NCBI GenBank assembly: GCA_040218815.1 | Contig: JAVJQS010000007.1 | Coordinates: 25,557 to 89,556 of the forward strand | DNA length: 64,000 nucleotides | Direction: 5' to 3' | Source of the DNA: Vicingaceae bacterium | GTDB lineage: Bacteria > Bacteroidota > Bacteroidia > Flavobacteriales_E > Vicingaceae | Shown: positions 24,926-34,663 of the stretch, in pieces | Layout: the number at the start of each line of letters is the position of its first letter | How positions within the stretch are numbered: the stretch's first letter is position 1 | Translations under genes and position numbers: made by a program | Notes under the pieces: model-generated | What the model was told of the DNA's origin: nothing | Seen by the model: only the letters and a program-made list of their open reading frames with translations | Database searches by the model: none

Positions 24926-26065
24926 ATGAAACGATTCGCAACGGTTCTCTTTACATTAGTTGGCTTGCCATTTTGCAGTTTTGCTAACAATAGCATTGCC
25001 AAAGCAAGTGGAATATCCGATGGGGTATTACTTTTTCTAATGCTTGGTTTCATCGTGCTTTTGCTAGCCATTATTTCGGCCTTAGCAAAAAGCATTGAAG
25101 GAATTAGTAAGTCTCCAAACTTTAGAAAAAAGAAATCCAACGATAAATCTCAAGCAATAAAATCAATAGCTTTAATTGGTTTAATGTCCAGCTCATTAGT
25201 AGCAAATGCCGCTGAAACAGCTGCAGAATCAGGCCCATTTATAATGACCAACAGCTTGTTTTGGTTGCTTCTGAGCTTTATTGCCTTTTTAGCGGTTGTA
25301 ATTGCTATACTTTTTAGATCGCTGAACACCTTAATGAAACTAGAAAGAGGTGAAAGCTTTGCCGAAGAAGCAAAAGAAGATACTGTTGACGTTTTCACTA
25401 AATTAAAACTTACCGACCGAGTGCCAGTTGAGCAAGAGTCAGAAGTGATGTTAGATCACGAATATGATGGAATCAGAGAATTAGATAACAACCTTCCTCC
25501 TTGGTGGAAATACATGTTTTATGCCACTATCATATTTGCAGTAGTCTATTTATTTCGTTATCACATAACAGGTCAAGGTCAATTGCAGTTGGAAGAATAC
25601 CAAGCCGAAGTGCAAGCTGCGGTAGAAGAAAAAGCTGAAATGATGGCCTTAGCAACCGAAATGGTTACTGAAGACAACGTAGTTTATTTGGTGGACGCTC
25701 CATCCTTGGAAAAAGGCGCTGCCATTTATAAAGGCAATTGTGCTACCTGTCATGGTCAACTTGGTGAAGGTGGTGCAGGTCCAAACCTAACTGATCAATA
25801 TTGGATACACGGTGGTAGCATTAACAATATTTTTAAGACGATAAAGTATGGTGTACCTGCTAAAGGTATGATTGCGTGGCAAAGTCAGTTTAGCCCTAGC
25901 CAAATTCAGAAAATTGCCAGTTATATTAAAAGCATGCAAGGCAGCAACCCTCCAGGAGCAAAAGATCCTCAAGGAGAGATTTATGTAGAAGAAGTAATAA
26001 CTGAAGAGTCTGATTCAGCTAAAAGCGACACTGCTACAATTGTAGTAGGAATAAACGAAGAATGA
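24926..26065 (+). CDS. ccoP: cbb3 oxidase subunit III (CcoP) with a long N-terminal membrane extension and a single haem-c motif
   Basis: The FixP_N region is DHEYDGIRELDNNLPPWWKYMFYATI. There is one CATCH motif, with a downstream Met ligand region. Confidence 0.8.
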   Translation: MKRFATVLFTLVGLPFCSFANNSIAKASGISDGVLLFLMLGFIVLLLAIISALAKSIEGISKSPNFRKKKSNDKSQAIKSIALIGLMSSSLVANAAETAAESGPFIMTNSLFWLLLSFIAFLAVVIAILFRSLNTLMKLERGESFAEEAKEDTVDVFTKLKLTDRVPVEQESEVMLDHEYDGIRELDNNLPPWWKYMFYATIIFAVVYLFRYHITGQGQLQLEEYQAEVQAAVEEKAEMMALATEMVTEDNVVYLVDAPSLEKGAAIYKGNCATCHGQLGEGGAGPNLTDQYWIHGGSINNIFKTIKYGVPAKGMIAWQSQFSPSQIQKIASYIKSMQGSNPPGAKDPQGEIYVEEVITEESDSAKSDTATIVVGINEE

Positions 26066-27483
26066 AAGAGAAGGAAGAATATATGGATCAATCTTTTCGC
26101 GACTCTATCGGTACCATCGATGAAGAGGGGAAGCGAAAATGGATTTATCCTAAAAAACCTTCCGGGAAATTTTACAATGCCCGTACATGGGTAAGTGTGT
26201 TTTTACTATGCCTGCTTTTTGCTGGGCCCTTTTTAAGAATTTCAGGTAAGCCTTTATTGCTGCTGAATATTTTAGAGCGAAAGTTTATCATTTTTGGGCA
26301 AGTTTTTTGGCCACAAGACTTTTACATCTTCGTGCTTGCCATGCTTGCAGGTATCGTCTTTGTTGTGCTATTTACGGTTGTGTTTGGACGGCTTTTTTGC
26401 GGCTGGGTATGCCCTCAAACCATTTTTATGGAAATGGTTTTTCGAAAAATTGAGTATTGGATTGAAGGCGATTTTAAACAACAACAGCGACTAGCAAAAC
26501 AAAAGTGGGACAGCGAAAAAATTCGAAAGAAAACATTAAAACACCTGATTTTTTTCTTCATTTCCTTTTTAATCTCTAATACCTTTTTGGCCTATATTAT
26601 TGGCTCAGAAGAGTTGATTAAAATCATTACAGATCCCCCATCAGAACACATTGGTGGTTTAATCAGCATTTTAATTTTTACTGGCGTTTTTTACTGGGTA
26701 TTCAGTTGGTTTCGTGAACAAGTTTGTATAGTAGCTTGCCCTTATGGTCGTTTACAAGGGGTAATGCTCGACAGAAACTCCTTGGTAGTGGCTTATGATT
26801 ACATCCGAGGTGAGAAACGCGGAAGATATAAAAAAGGAGAGGATAGAGATGCGGCTAATAAAGGCGATTGTATTGACTGTAATCAATGTGTGAATGTATG
26901 TCCCACGGGAATTGATATAAGAAACGGCACACAATTAGAATGTGTCAACTGCACCGCCTGCATGGATGCGTGCGATCACATCATGGAAAATGTAAATCTT
27001 CCCAAAGGATTGATTCGTTTAGATTCTGAAGAAGGAATTGTAAATAAAAAGCATACTTTTTTCTCTACCCGAACTATTGCATATACCATTGTTTTAGTGC
27101 TTATAACTACAGCGGTTGGTTTTCTTCTTGCCAGCCGAACAGACGTTGATGCCACCATTTTAAAAACCACAGGACAAGAATATCAAAAAAGGGAAAACGG
27201 CAAAATCAGTAACCTCTATAATTATAAAATAATCAACAAAACATTTGATGATATACATGCGGAAATAAGAATGATTGATAGAGAAGGAGAAATTGAAATG
27301 ATAGGCAAAAAGGGAGTTGTTATTCCTGCAGAAGCTCTAGCTCAAGGCACCTTCTTTTTAGTTTTAAATAAAGAGGACTTAGTTGATAGAAAAACGAATA
27401 TACAATTGGGTGTTTATAACGAAAACGGTGAGTTACTCGACAAAGTAAAAACCGCATTTCTAGCACCGATAAATCCTAGTTAA
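26062..27483 (+). CDS. ccoG: Cytochrome c oxidase accessory protein CcoG (4Fe-4S ferredoxin-type)
   Basis: It has CxxCxxCxxxCP motifs (CIDCNQCVNVCP and CVNCTACMDAC), N-terminal TM segments with CGWVCPQ, and an ATGA overlap with ccoP. Confidence 0.85.
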   Translation: MKEKEEYMDQSFRDSIGTIDEEGKRKWIYPKKPSGKFYNARTWVSVFLLCLLFAGPFLRISGKPLLLLNILERKFIIFGQVFWPQDFYIFVLAMLAGIVFVVLFTVVFGRLFCGWVCPQTIFMEMVFRKIEYWIEGDFKQQQRLAKQKWDSEKIRKKTLKHLIFFFISFLISNTFLAYIIGSEELIKIITDPPSEHIGGLISILIFTGVFYWVFSWFREQVCIVACPYGRLQGVMLDRNSLVVAYDYIRGEKRGRYKKGEDRDAANKGDCIDCNQCVNVCPTGIDIRNGTQLECVNCTACMDACDHIMENVNLPKGLIRLDSEEGIVNKKHTFFSTRTIAYTIVLVLITTAVGFLLASRTDVDATILKTTGQEYQKRENGKISNLYNYKIINKTFDDIHAEIRMIDREGEIEMIGKKGVVIPAEALAQGTFFLVLNKEDLVDRKTNIQLGVYNENGELLDKVKTAFLAPINPS

Positions 27484-27484
27484 A

Positions 27485-27919
27485 ATGAAGTGGAATTGGG
27501 GAACTAAAATAGGATTGCTTTACACTGTTTTTGTGTTGTTTATTATCGGCATGGTTTACATGGCTTTTAATCAAAAGTATGACTTAGTTACAGAAGATTA
27601 TTATGCAGAAGAAATAGCCTATCAAAACACTATAGATAGCAAATCTCGAACTAAACAACTTAACGGCAATTTAACTACAGCAATAGAAGGAAAGTATTTA
27701 AAACTTGTATTTCCCGAAAAGGAAGCTGCATTAAAGGGGAGTGTAATTTGTTTTCGTCCTTCAGATGAAAGGAAAGATTTTACTGAAGAGTTTAACATCA
27801 CTAATGGTATTTACAAGATTGCTTTAAGCAAGTTTATCGCTGGTAAATACACCCTAAAAATAAGCTGGCAGCAAAACGACTTAAGCTATTATAAGGAACA
27901 AATAATCATTATTCCCTGA
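27485..27919 (+). CDS. FixH family protein
   Basis: It is a single N-terminal TM protein of 144 aa positioned directly after ccoG. Confidence 0.65.
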   Translation: MKWNWGTKIGLLYTVFVLFIIGMVYMAFNQKYDLVTEDYYAEEIAYQNTIDSKSRTKQLNGNLTTAIEGKYLKLVFPEKEAALKGSVICFRPSDERKDFTEEFNITNGIYKIALSKFIAGKYTLKISWQQNDLSYYKEQIIIIP

Positions 27920-28614
27920 TGGAGTATTGGACTGCATTTACAATTGGATTACTTGGAAGCATGCATTGCGCAGGCATGTGTGGCCCGATTGCCTTTGCTT
28001 TGCCTTTGAACAGAAGTAATGCTTTTACTCGTTTTACAGGAAGTGTGCTTTATAACTTTGGCCGACTGCTAACCTATGCCCTATTGGGAATTATACTTGG
28101 CTCTATTGGCAAAAGCATTGCAATAGCAGGCTTTCAACAAAGTCTTTCAATTGTTATAGGAACTATTTTAGTATTAAGCGTTCTTCTACCATTACTGCGA
28201 ATTAAAAAAATTCCTTTACCAAAATTTTCATTGTGGTTAGGCAGCCTAAAAGGAGAGATGGGAAAACGATTTGGTCGCCAAAGTAATGCTAACTTATTCA
28301 CTATCGGTTTACTGAATGGCTTGCTGCCTTGCGGACTAGTTTATGTTGCTATTGCTGGAGCATCAGTAACTGCACAAGCACTAAGCGGCGGATTATTTAT
28401 GCTATGTTTCGGCCTAGGAACCTTGCCATTAATGTTGTCTATTTCTGTTTATTCTTCCTCTATACAAAAAGCATTACTAGCTCCAATTAGGAGGTTTGTC
28501 CCAGTGTTTGTGCTATTAATGGGAACCTTATTAATAATTAGAGGCATGGATTTGGGAATTCCCTATTTAAGTCCAGAAATAGAAGCAAGTACTGAAATTG
28601 TTAAATGCCACTAA
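27919..28614 (+). CDS. TauE/SafE- or DsbD_2-like membrane protein of cco clusters
   Basis: It is polytopic, with the N-terminal motif GSMHCAGMCGP. A TGATG overlap couples it to the fixH-like gene. Confidence 0.6.
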   Translation: MEYWTAFTIGLLGSMHCAGMCGPIAFALPLNRSNAFTRFTGSVLYNFGRLLTYALLGIILGSIGKSIAIAGFQQSLSIVIGTILVLSVLLPLLRIKKIPLPKFSLWLGSLKGEMGKRFGRQSNANLFTIGLLNGLLPCGLVYVAIAGASVTAQALSGGLFMLCFGLGTLPLMLSISVYSSSIQKALLAPIRRFVPVFVLLMGTLLIIRGMDLGIPYLSPEIEASTEIVKCH

Positions 28615-28618
28615 GACT

Positions 28619-29857
28619 ATGAATTGGAAGTCCTACAGCAAAGAAGAGATCAACCAGCGGGTGAGTAAAGCACTTTCTCAAAATGCAAACTATGCTTCAG
28701 GAGAAGTTATCGGCACACCTGCTACCTATTTAGATCAGGAAGAATTTTATCCCGATGCTTCTTTCTTAGATGATGCCCCTTTTTTGAGAACACTCATCGC
28801 CAACCCAAATCACATTGGCTGCCATACTTTAAGTAAGCAAAGCTCTCCTATTTTTAAGGGAACACAAAAAATCGAAAGAGAGCTTATTTCACTTTGTGCA
28901 GAAGAAATTTTTAAGGCTAAGCCTAATCAAGTAGATGGATATGTAGCTACGGGAGGAACTGAAGCTAACTTAGAAGCGATGTGGATTTACCGCAACTATT
29001 TCATGCAAGAATATCAAGCTTCTTCCTCTCAGATTGGGGTAATTTTTTCCGAAGATACCCACTACTCCATTACTAAAGGCTGTGATTTGTTGCAATTAGA
29101 ACCATTAATGGTAGCTGTAAATCCTGATAACAGGGAATTACAACTAACGGACTTAAGGAAGCAACTTACAGCCGCTAAAGAAAAAGGAGTAAAATATTTT
29201 ATAGTTATTGTCAATATGTCTACGACTATGTTTGGTTCTGTAGACGAAATTGAACCAATGGTGCAATGTTTAGATCGTGAAAATATTGTTTTTAAGCTCC
29301 ATGTAGATGCTGCTTTTGGTGGTTTTATTTACCCCTTTACCAATCCTAATTCCAGCCACAATTTTGCAAACCCTAGGGTGAGTTCTATTTCAATTGATGC
29401 ACATAAAATGCTGCAAACTCCATATGGAACAGGAATTTTTCTAATTCGAAAAGGGCTCATGCAATACGTTACCAATACACATGCACAATATGTTCCTGGC
29501 TTAGATTACACCCTTTGTGGAAGTCGCAGTGGAGCAAACACCATTGTTATTTGGATGTTATTGATGAATTACGGTTCTAAAGGTTGGACTAAAAAAATGA
29601 GTGAACTTATCGAACGCACAGACTATACATGCAAACGGCTCAACCAATTAGGAATTAAATACTATCGAAACCCTTTTATCAATATAATTACCATCAAAGG
29701 AAATCAAATTTCTGCTAAAATTGCAAAGAAGTATGAACTTGTAGCAGACACCTATGAAGGCCAACCCGAATGGTGGAAAATTGTGGTGATGGATCATGTA
29801 AAGCAAGATCTATTAGAAAGCTTTATTCAAGACCTGAAAGATTCAAAAGTCAGCTAA
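28619..29857 (+). CDS. Group II PLP-dependent decarboxylase-like enzyme
   Basis: The SIDAHKM pattern (PLP-lysine context), TGGTEANLEA and the DAAFGG motif match fold-type I decarboxylases. The ATG lies 4 nt after the preceding stop. Confidence 0.65.
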   Translation: MNWKSYSKEEINQRVSKALSQNANYASGEVIGTPATYLDQEEFYPDASFLDDAPFLRTLIANPNHIGCHTLSKQSSPIFKGTQKIERELISLCAEEIFKAKPNQVDGYVATGGTEANLEAMWIYRNYFMQEYQASSSQIGVIFSEDTHYSITKGCDLLQLEPLMVAVNPDNRELQLTDLRKQLTAAKEKGVKYFIVIVNMSTTMFGSVDEIEPMVQCLDRENIVFKLHVDAAFGGFIYPFTNPNSSHNFANPRVSSISIDAHKMLQTPYGTGIFLIRKGLMQYVTNTHAQYVPGLDYTLCGSRSGANTIVIWMLLMNYGSKGWTKKMSELIERTDYTCKRLNQLGIKYYRNPFINIITIKGNQISAKIAKKYELVADTYEGQPEWWKIVVMDHVKQDLLESFIQDLKDSKVS

Positions 29858-30030
29858 AGCAAAAATTACTTATTGTTCATTTCCCTTTTTCTGTTGAGCT
29901 ATTCTAATTAGCATTTTCTTAACGCTTGAGCATAACATTTATAGGAGAATTTAATCTATCGAGTAAGGAACTTGTTTGTATGAGGTTTCTTAAACTATTG
30001 TCAACAAACTTAAGCTTTCATATTGGACGT

Positions 30031-30513
30031 TTATTTTGCTGAAACCCAAAACGGGTCGCTCATATTGTCTTTAAATTCTTGTGAAGTATGTGCCAATTGA
30101 ATTTTCTTTAGCTCCTCTCCACTTGCCACTTGTTGTATTTCATTAAAAAGTTGTCGCTCCTCAAATCGAATGTGTTTTTCAATAAGTTCTTCAATAGAAT
30201 TCAAGCGAACACTCAAATCACCTTTTCCCCCTTCAATTAGACTTTTTATTCTTCCATGCTCCGATAGTGCTTGCTTTACCATTTCATTCTCTTCGCCAAG
30301 TACTGGAAAAACCATTGTTTCTTCAATCTCAAAATGTTCCTCTAAATGATTCAGCCAAAACCATTGCACGTATTGCATAATCCGATTGTTTTCAATACCT
30401 CTTTTTATGCCAGTCCTAATCTTCCAACACAACAAAAGCCCCTGATGATGGTCTCTACTCAGGTCCTGTAATTCAGTTACCCTTTTAATTGGTTTATTCA
30501 TAATAATCTTCAC
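30031..30513 (-). CDS. Hemerythrin-domain protein
   Basis: It has His/Glu-rich helix pairs (DHHQGLL, HFEIEE, HIRFEERQLF). An alternative ATG at 30501 overlaps the upstream stop (ATGAATAA). Confidence 0.65.
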   Translation of the reverse strand: MKIIMNKPIKRVTELQDLSRDHHQGLLLCWKIRTGIKRGIENNRIMQYVQWFWLNHLEEHFEIEETMVFPVLGEENEMVKQALSEHGRIKSLIEGGKGDLSVRLNSIEELIEKHIRFEERQLFNEIQQVASGEELKKIQLAHTSQEFKDNMSDPFWVSAK

Positions 30514-30820
30514 TTAATAATCTAAATGTTAAGCCGTTTAACTGCTCATCAGCCATTAATTGGCAAGCTAAGCGACTAGCCTTTTTATTGTTACTTAATT
30601 TGTTTAAGGTGTCTTTTTCATCGTCATCTATGTTGGCTTCAATAACACCATTTATTAACTCAACATGGCAAGTACCGCACCAGGCTCTACCTTTGCAATA
30701 CCCTATATCTTCACCCAGCTTGTCCACAATCATTTCCATAAAATTTCGATATTCATTTTTATAAAAAATCAAGTGTTTTAGCTCACCAAAATAATCAATC
30801 AACCAAACATGATAGGACAT
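30494..30820 (-). CDS. 2Fe-2S ferredoxin-like protein
   Basis: The cysteine pattern is CKGRAWCGTCHV...ACQL, in a protein of about 108 aa. Confidence 0.6.
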   Translation of the reverse strand: MSYHVWLIDYFGELKHLIFYKNEYRNFMEMIVDKLGEDIGYCKGRAWCGTCHVELINGVIEANIDDDEKDTLNKLSNNKKASRLACQLMADEQLNGLTFRLLSEDYYE

Positions 30821-30825
30821 TTCTG

Positions 30826-31269
30826 CTAATTAAAAAAGCGATTATATGCAGCCAAATGTTTCTTGATTTGTTTGTAATTTTTCTGACAGACCTCTGCCTT
30901 TTCGGCTTTTAAGCCCTCTATGCTATTTTTTAAAGGAATCAAATAGTTGTGTAATTGATTGTGTGCTTCGCCTTTCATTGTGCATTTTTTAAAAATTGTT
31001 GTAAACTCGATCTCCAATTCTTTTGCAAGTTGATGATATTCCGAAAGATCAGCGTCAACCTTCGAGTTGTTAACAAGTGAAATCATGTTTTCAATCCCTT
31101 CGGTCGTTTCAGTATTTGCCTCCCACCTTTTGCCTTTATTTAATTCAACATCTAAATGTGAATACTCGTGATGAAGGTTAGAATCATCTGTTGACTCATT
31201 GTTTGATTGGCTGGTGCAAGAATAGGCTAGCAAAACAAGTCCAATCAATACTACTTTTAGTAAATTCAT
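30826..31269 (-). CDS. Hypothetical lipoprotein
   Basis: The signal peptide ends in LLAYSC (lipobox-like). The mature part is His-rich and helical. Confidence 0.45.
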   Translation of the reverse strand: MNLLKVVLIGLVLLAYSCTSQSNNESTDDSNLHHEYSHLDVELNKGKRWEANTETTEGIENMISLVNNSKVDADLSEYHQLAKELEIEFTTIFKKCTMKGEAHNQLHNYLIPLKNSIEGLKAEKAEVCQKNYKQIKKHLAAYNRFFN

Positions 31270-31338
31270 GTCTTATCATTTGAAAAAAAGGGTCACACTT
31301 TCACAAATTATTGTTCCAGTATGGCACTACAAAATCAA

Positions 31339-32061
31339 TTATTTAACAAGTTGCTTCTCCATTTCAATAGCCCTTGGGAACAAAATGTTGTTCTCCAAAT
31401 GAATGTGTAAATGCAAATCTTCTTCAAACTCCTTTAGTAAAGCAAAAGTTACTCGGTAAGTATTGCAACCATCACTCGGCATAGTATAGTCATTACTTAA
31501 TTCCGCAATCTCTCTAAATCTAACCCCCTCGTTATCGTGTTCCTCCTTCATCATAGCAATAGGGTTTCCAACTGTTCCAAATTGCGGACTTTTCATTTTC
31601 TCTCCATCTTGTTTTGCCTTCGCCATTTTTCGAATAAAGGGAAACAGTACCAACTCTTCCTTCTTCATGTGAGCTGCCAATTCACCAGCTGAAGCTAAAA
31701 ACAGCTCTTGTATTTTTATCAATTCTGGATGTGCATCACCATGAACTTTAGTCACTTTTGCTAAATACGGCTTTATCTCAGTGATCTTTTCTTCCACATA
31801 GCGATGGTGCTTTTTTTCAATGTAGTCTGCCAATAAGTCTAGTGGCCAAGCATCATAATCAGTTGCACCCGACTGAGTTGTCATGGCGGAATTCAACTTT
31901 TCAATTAATTCTTCCGTCTTAAGCTTATTATGCTCAGAGACTTCTTGGATGCTGCGGTTTCCTCGGCAGCAAAAATCTACCCCAACATTTTTAAATACCG
32001 ATGCCATTCTATAATCTTTGGCAACCAACTCTCCAACGATATCATTTTCTGTGATGTTCAT
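31339..32061 (-). CDS. ric: Iron-sulfur cluster repair di-iron protein (RIC; YtfE/ScdA family)
   Basis: The N-terminal ScdA_N motif reads ASVFKNVGVDFCCRGNRSIQE. Two hemerythrin-like His/Glu motif sets follow (HHRYVEE..., EEHDNEG, HIHLENNILFP). Confidence 0.85.
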   Translation of the reverse strand: MNITENDIVGELVAKDYRMASVFKNVGVDFCCRGNRSIQEVSEHNKLKTEELIEKLNSAMTTQSGATDYDAWPLDLLADYIEKKHHRYVEEKITEIKPYLAKVTKVHGDAHPELIKIQELFLASAGELAAHMKKEELVLFPFIRKMAKAKQDGEKMKSPQFGTVGNPIAMMKEEHDNEGVRFREIAELSNDYTMPSDGCNTYRVTFALLKEFEEDLHLHIHLENNILFPRAIEMEKQLVK

Positions 32062-32100
32062 TTTATTTTAGTTTTAATAATTATTATTTTTCTGAAGGAT

Positions 32101-32997
32101 TCATTTCCCCCAATTATTTAATTCAGTTTCAGTCCATAAGTTTGGAAAAAATTTGCGCTGTTGAAATTTTGGATGTAGGTACTTTTTCCATTCACTACCT
32201 CCTGTTGCAGCTTTGTTTTCGCCTTTCTTATCTAAGTAATGCTGTGCTGTTTCCAGGTGAACCATCGGCCATTTTACATTGTAGAAATAATCAAAAGCCT
32301 TTAACTTTTCTTTCAGCTCCTCAGATGGATTGAGTTTTGATGCTTGATCTTCCAAGGTTTTTCCTTTCACTTTTTCAGCTAGTGCAATAAACTTGTCTAA
32401 ATATTTAGCTTCAAACTGCCTTAATGTCAAGGTCTTTTTGCCTGATTTTCGGTTCAGTCCTGCGTCCTTCCAATAGATGTGTTCAAAATAATCTATTGTA
32501 TTTGCATTTTTGCTGATTCTTTTCTTCCCTTCTTCATTAAGCAGGTTTTTTAAAGAAGTGCAATAAATTTCTATGTATCGGAATTGAGCACTCTGAAACC
32601 CGCTAGCTGGTGCCAATGTGCTTCTAAAGGTGTTATAATCTTCATAATTCATTCCGGCCTTCATCACATCAAACGAAGTAATCAGCATATCGGTATAGCG
32701 AATAATTCGGTTCAATTTATCAAGCCAAATTGCTTCACTGAGATTTTCATGTACAAGCTGTTCTAATTCATGCACAATCATTTTCAACACCAATTCAGTT
32801 ACCTGATGGTACATTATAAAAATCGACTCATCCTTAAAATTCGTTCGTGGTTTTTGCAATGAAAGTAGCGTTTCTACTTCTACATAATCCCAATAATTTA
32901 TTGGTTTTGCATGCAACAAGCCATTTAAATATGTTTCGGGATTTTCTCCCAAATCGGTGTATTTTTTTTCAATCTCTTGATAGATTTTATCGCTCAT
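32101..32997 (-). CDS. Tryptophan 2,3-dioxygenase-family haem protein
   Basis: TDO signatures are present: MYHQVTELVLKM, FRSTLAPASGFQSAQFRYIE, and WPMVHLETAQHYL...ATGGS (proximal His region). Confidence 0.7.
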   Translation of the reverse strand: MSDKIYQEIEKKYTDLGENPETYLNGLLHAKPINYWDYVEVETLLSLQKPRTNFKDESIFIMYHQVTELVLKMIVHELEQLVHENLSEAIWLDKLNRIIRYTDMLITSFDVMKAGMNYEDYNTFRSTLAPASGFQSAQFRYIEIYCTSLKNLLNEEGKKRISKNANTIDYFEHIYWKDAGLNRKSGKKTLTLRQFEAKYLDKFIALAEKVKGKTLEDQASKLNPSEELKEKLKAFDYFYNVKWPMVHLETAQHYLDKKGENKAATGGSEWKKYLHPKFQQRKFFPNLWTETELNNWGK

Positions 32998-33439
32998 GAT
33001 TCTCTTTTAAAGTAAATAATGAAAAGCCGAAAACAAATAGGCAAATGATTTTAACTAACTCAGCTGCTACATAATAAAAGTGCAGATTAGATGGTGGTAA
33101 CAGCTGCCCTTGAATAATTAACTCTGCTCGTTGGTCTAAAGCAGGCAATAACCACAATGTCTGTAGAATTACCAACAGTAATGGGATCAAGAACCAAAGG
33201 AGCTTTTTTATTCGGATGGCATTAAAATCATATAGCTGATTGAGTAAAATAGCAACTGCCAACACCCACTCCACTTTGTTTAACGCACCAAAAACTAACC
33301 TCCCTATACCTAAGCCAAGTGGTATAGTAATTCCCTCAGCTCTAAATTTCAGCCAAGCTTCCATAAAACTAATAGCACACACAAAACCAATCCACAAAAA
33401 GGTAGCAATAAGACTTATGGGATGTTTTACAACACTCAT
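32987..33439 (-). CDS. Hypothetical membrane protein (4 TM)
   Basis: The hydrophobic profile indicates a membrane protein. It overlaps the downstream TDO-like gene by 11 nt and the upstream globin gene by 4 nt. Confidence 0.45.
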   Translation of the reverse strand: MSVVKHPISLIATFLWIGFVCAISFMEAWLKFRAEGITIPLGLGIGRLVFGALNKVEWVLAVAILLNQLYDFNAIRIKKLLWFLIPLLLVILQTLWLLPALDQRAELIIQGQLLPPSNLHFYYVAAELVKIICLFVFGFSLFTLKENHER

Positions 33440-33831
33440 TTTATTGGTTTTGCGGTGCTATTTTTATAATGTTCAATTTTATGATGAAACATTGCCGCCA
33501 TCATTTTTGCCCTCTTAAGTGCCTCTTTAGCTTTCTCTCCATTGAAGTTTTCATCTAAGGTCTTACCAAATAACTCTATCCATCGGTTAAAATGTTCTAT
33601 CTCAATAGGCATGGAAGCATGTGGCAAAAAAGGGCTTCCGCTATACGTGTGTTCGTCTAACAAAACGGTTTGCCAAAAGCGATACATTTTTTCTAAGTGT
33701 TTTGGCCATTTGCCTTGAATCCGGTCGTTAAAAATGTCTTTTAACAACTCATCATTTCGCACCTTTTCGTAGAACTTATCTACTAAGGTTTTAATATCAA
33801 CTAATGTTGTAATTTCAGTTTTTACCATCAT
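33436..33831 (-). CDS. Group III truncated haemoglobin
   Basis: The sequence VDKFYEKVRNDELLKDIF...MYRFWQTVLL...Y.G.P...H and the 131-aa length fit trHb group III (Ctb-like). Confidence 0.7.
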   Translation of the reverse strand: MMVKTEITTLVDIKTLVDKFYEKVRNDELLKDIFNDRIQGKWPKHLEKMYRFWQTVLLDEHTYSGSPFLPHASMPIEIEHFNRWIELFGKTLDENFNGEKAKEALKRAKMMAAMFHHKIEHYKNSTAKPIK

Positions 33832-34148
33832 TAACCTAGCAATTCAATTAACACAATAGCGGTGTTCACTATTGTTGCAATACTAAAAATGCCAACACAC
33901 CATTTTGCAGGACCTTGGGCAATTAAAATTGTATTGTTTAACATGCTAAAAGTGGAGCAAATAGCAAGATTATAAATTGTTTCATTTCCGTAAGATAAGC
34001 CTGCCGCTATTGACCCCCAGCAAGTGTTAATTGCAAGCATAATTGCCATTGCCCCAAACCTTGACTCCTCAAAGTTTGCTGCTTGTTTATCAAACCAGTT
34101 TATTTTCTCTTCTTTTATTCTAAATGTTTCTGTTAATACTGCTTCCAT
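33831..34148 (-). CDS. Hypothetical small membrane protein
   Basis: It has three hydrophobic segments and overlaps the globin start by 1 nt. Confidence 0.4.
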   Translation of the reverse strand: MEAVLTETFRIKEEKINWFDKQAANFEESRFGAMAIMLAINTCWGSIAAGLSYGNETIYNLAICSTFSMLNNTILIAQGPAKWCVGIFSIATIVNTAIVLIELLG

Positions 34149-34196
34149 AATTATTTATTTAGTGGACTATTTTGTCCATTATTATTTCAAATTTTT

Positions 34197-34631
34197 TTAT
34201 GCCCTCAAAAAACTCAGTCCATTATTTAACTTTAAACCCAAAGATTGAACTGTCGTGTTCTCTAATAAATCGGTTAACTGATCCCTTACCACTGCAAATT
34301 GATGGTGCACTGGACATGGTTTGTTTGCATTACATTGCTTTAAACCCAGACCACAGCCTTTATAAATGCTATCTCCATCAAATGCAAATACAATTTCCTT
34401 TAATGTTGTATTCGCCATTTTTTCTGATTCCATCGAGAAGCCTCCTCTTGGCCCTTTTGTGGAATCAATAATTTGGTAGTGTTTTAACTGCTGCAATATT
34501 TTTGAAGTATAAGCCTCTGGAGAATCCAAAGCTTTAGATACCTCCTTTATACTCACACGCTTTCCATCTATTGACTGCTGAGCAATAAAAATAGCTGATC
34601 TTATTCCATATTCACACGCTTTTGAAAACAT
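34197..34631 (-). CDS. Rrf2-family transcription factor with three-Cys cluster (NsrR/IscR-like)
   Basis: The N-terminal wHTH reads MFSKACEYGIRSAIFIAQQS...VSIKEVSKAL. The Cys motif CGLGLKQCNANKPCPVH matches Fe-S-binding Rrf2 proteins. Confidence 0.8.
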   Translation of the reverse strand: MFSKACEYGIRSAIFIAQQSIDGKRVSIKEVSKALDSPEAYTSKILQQLKHYQIIDSTKGPRGGFSMESEKMANTTLKEIVFAFDGDSIYKGCGLGLKQCNANKPCPVHHQFAVVRDQLTDLLENTTVQSLGLKLNNGLSFLRA

Positions 34632-34663
34632 ATCTATCTTTTATATGACAAAAATAGTATAAA

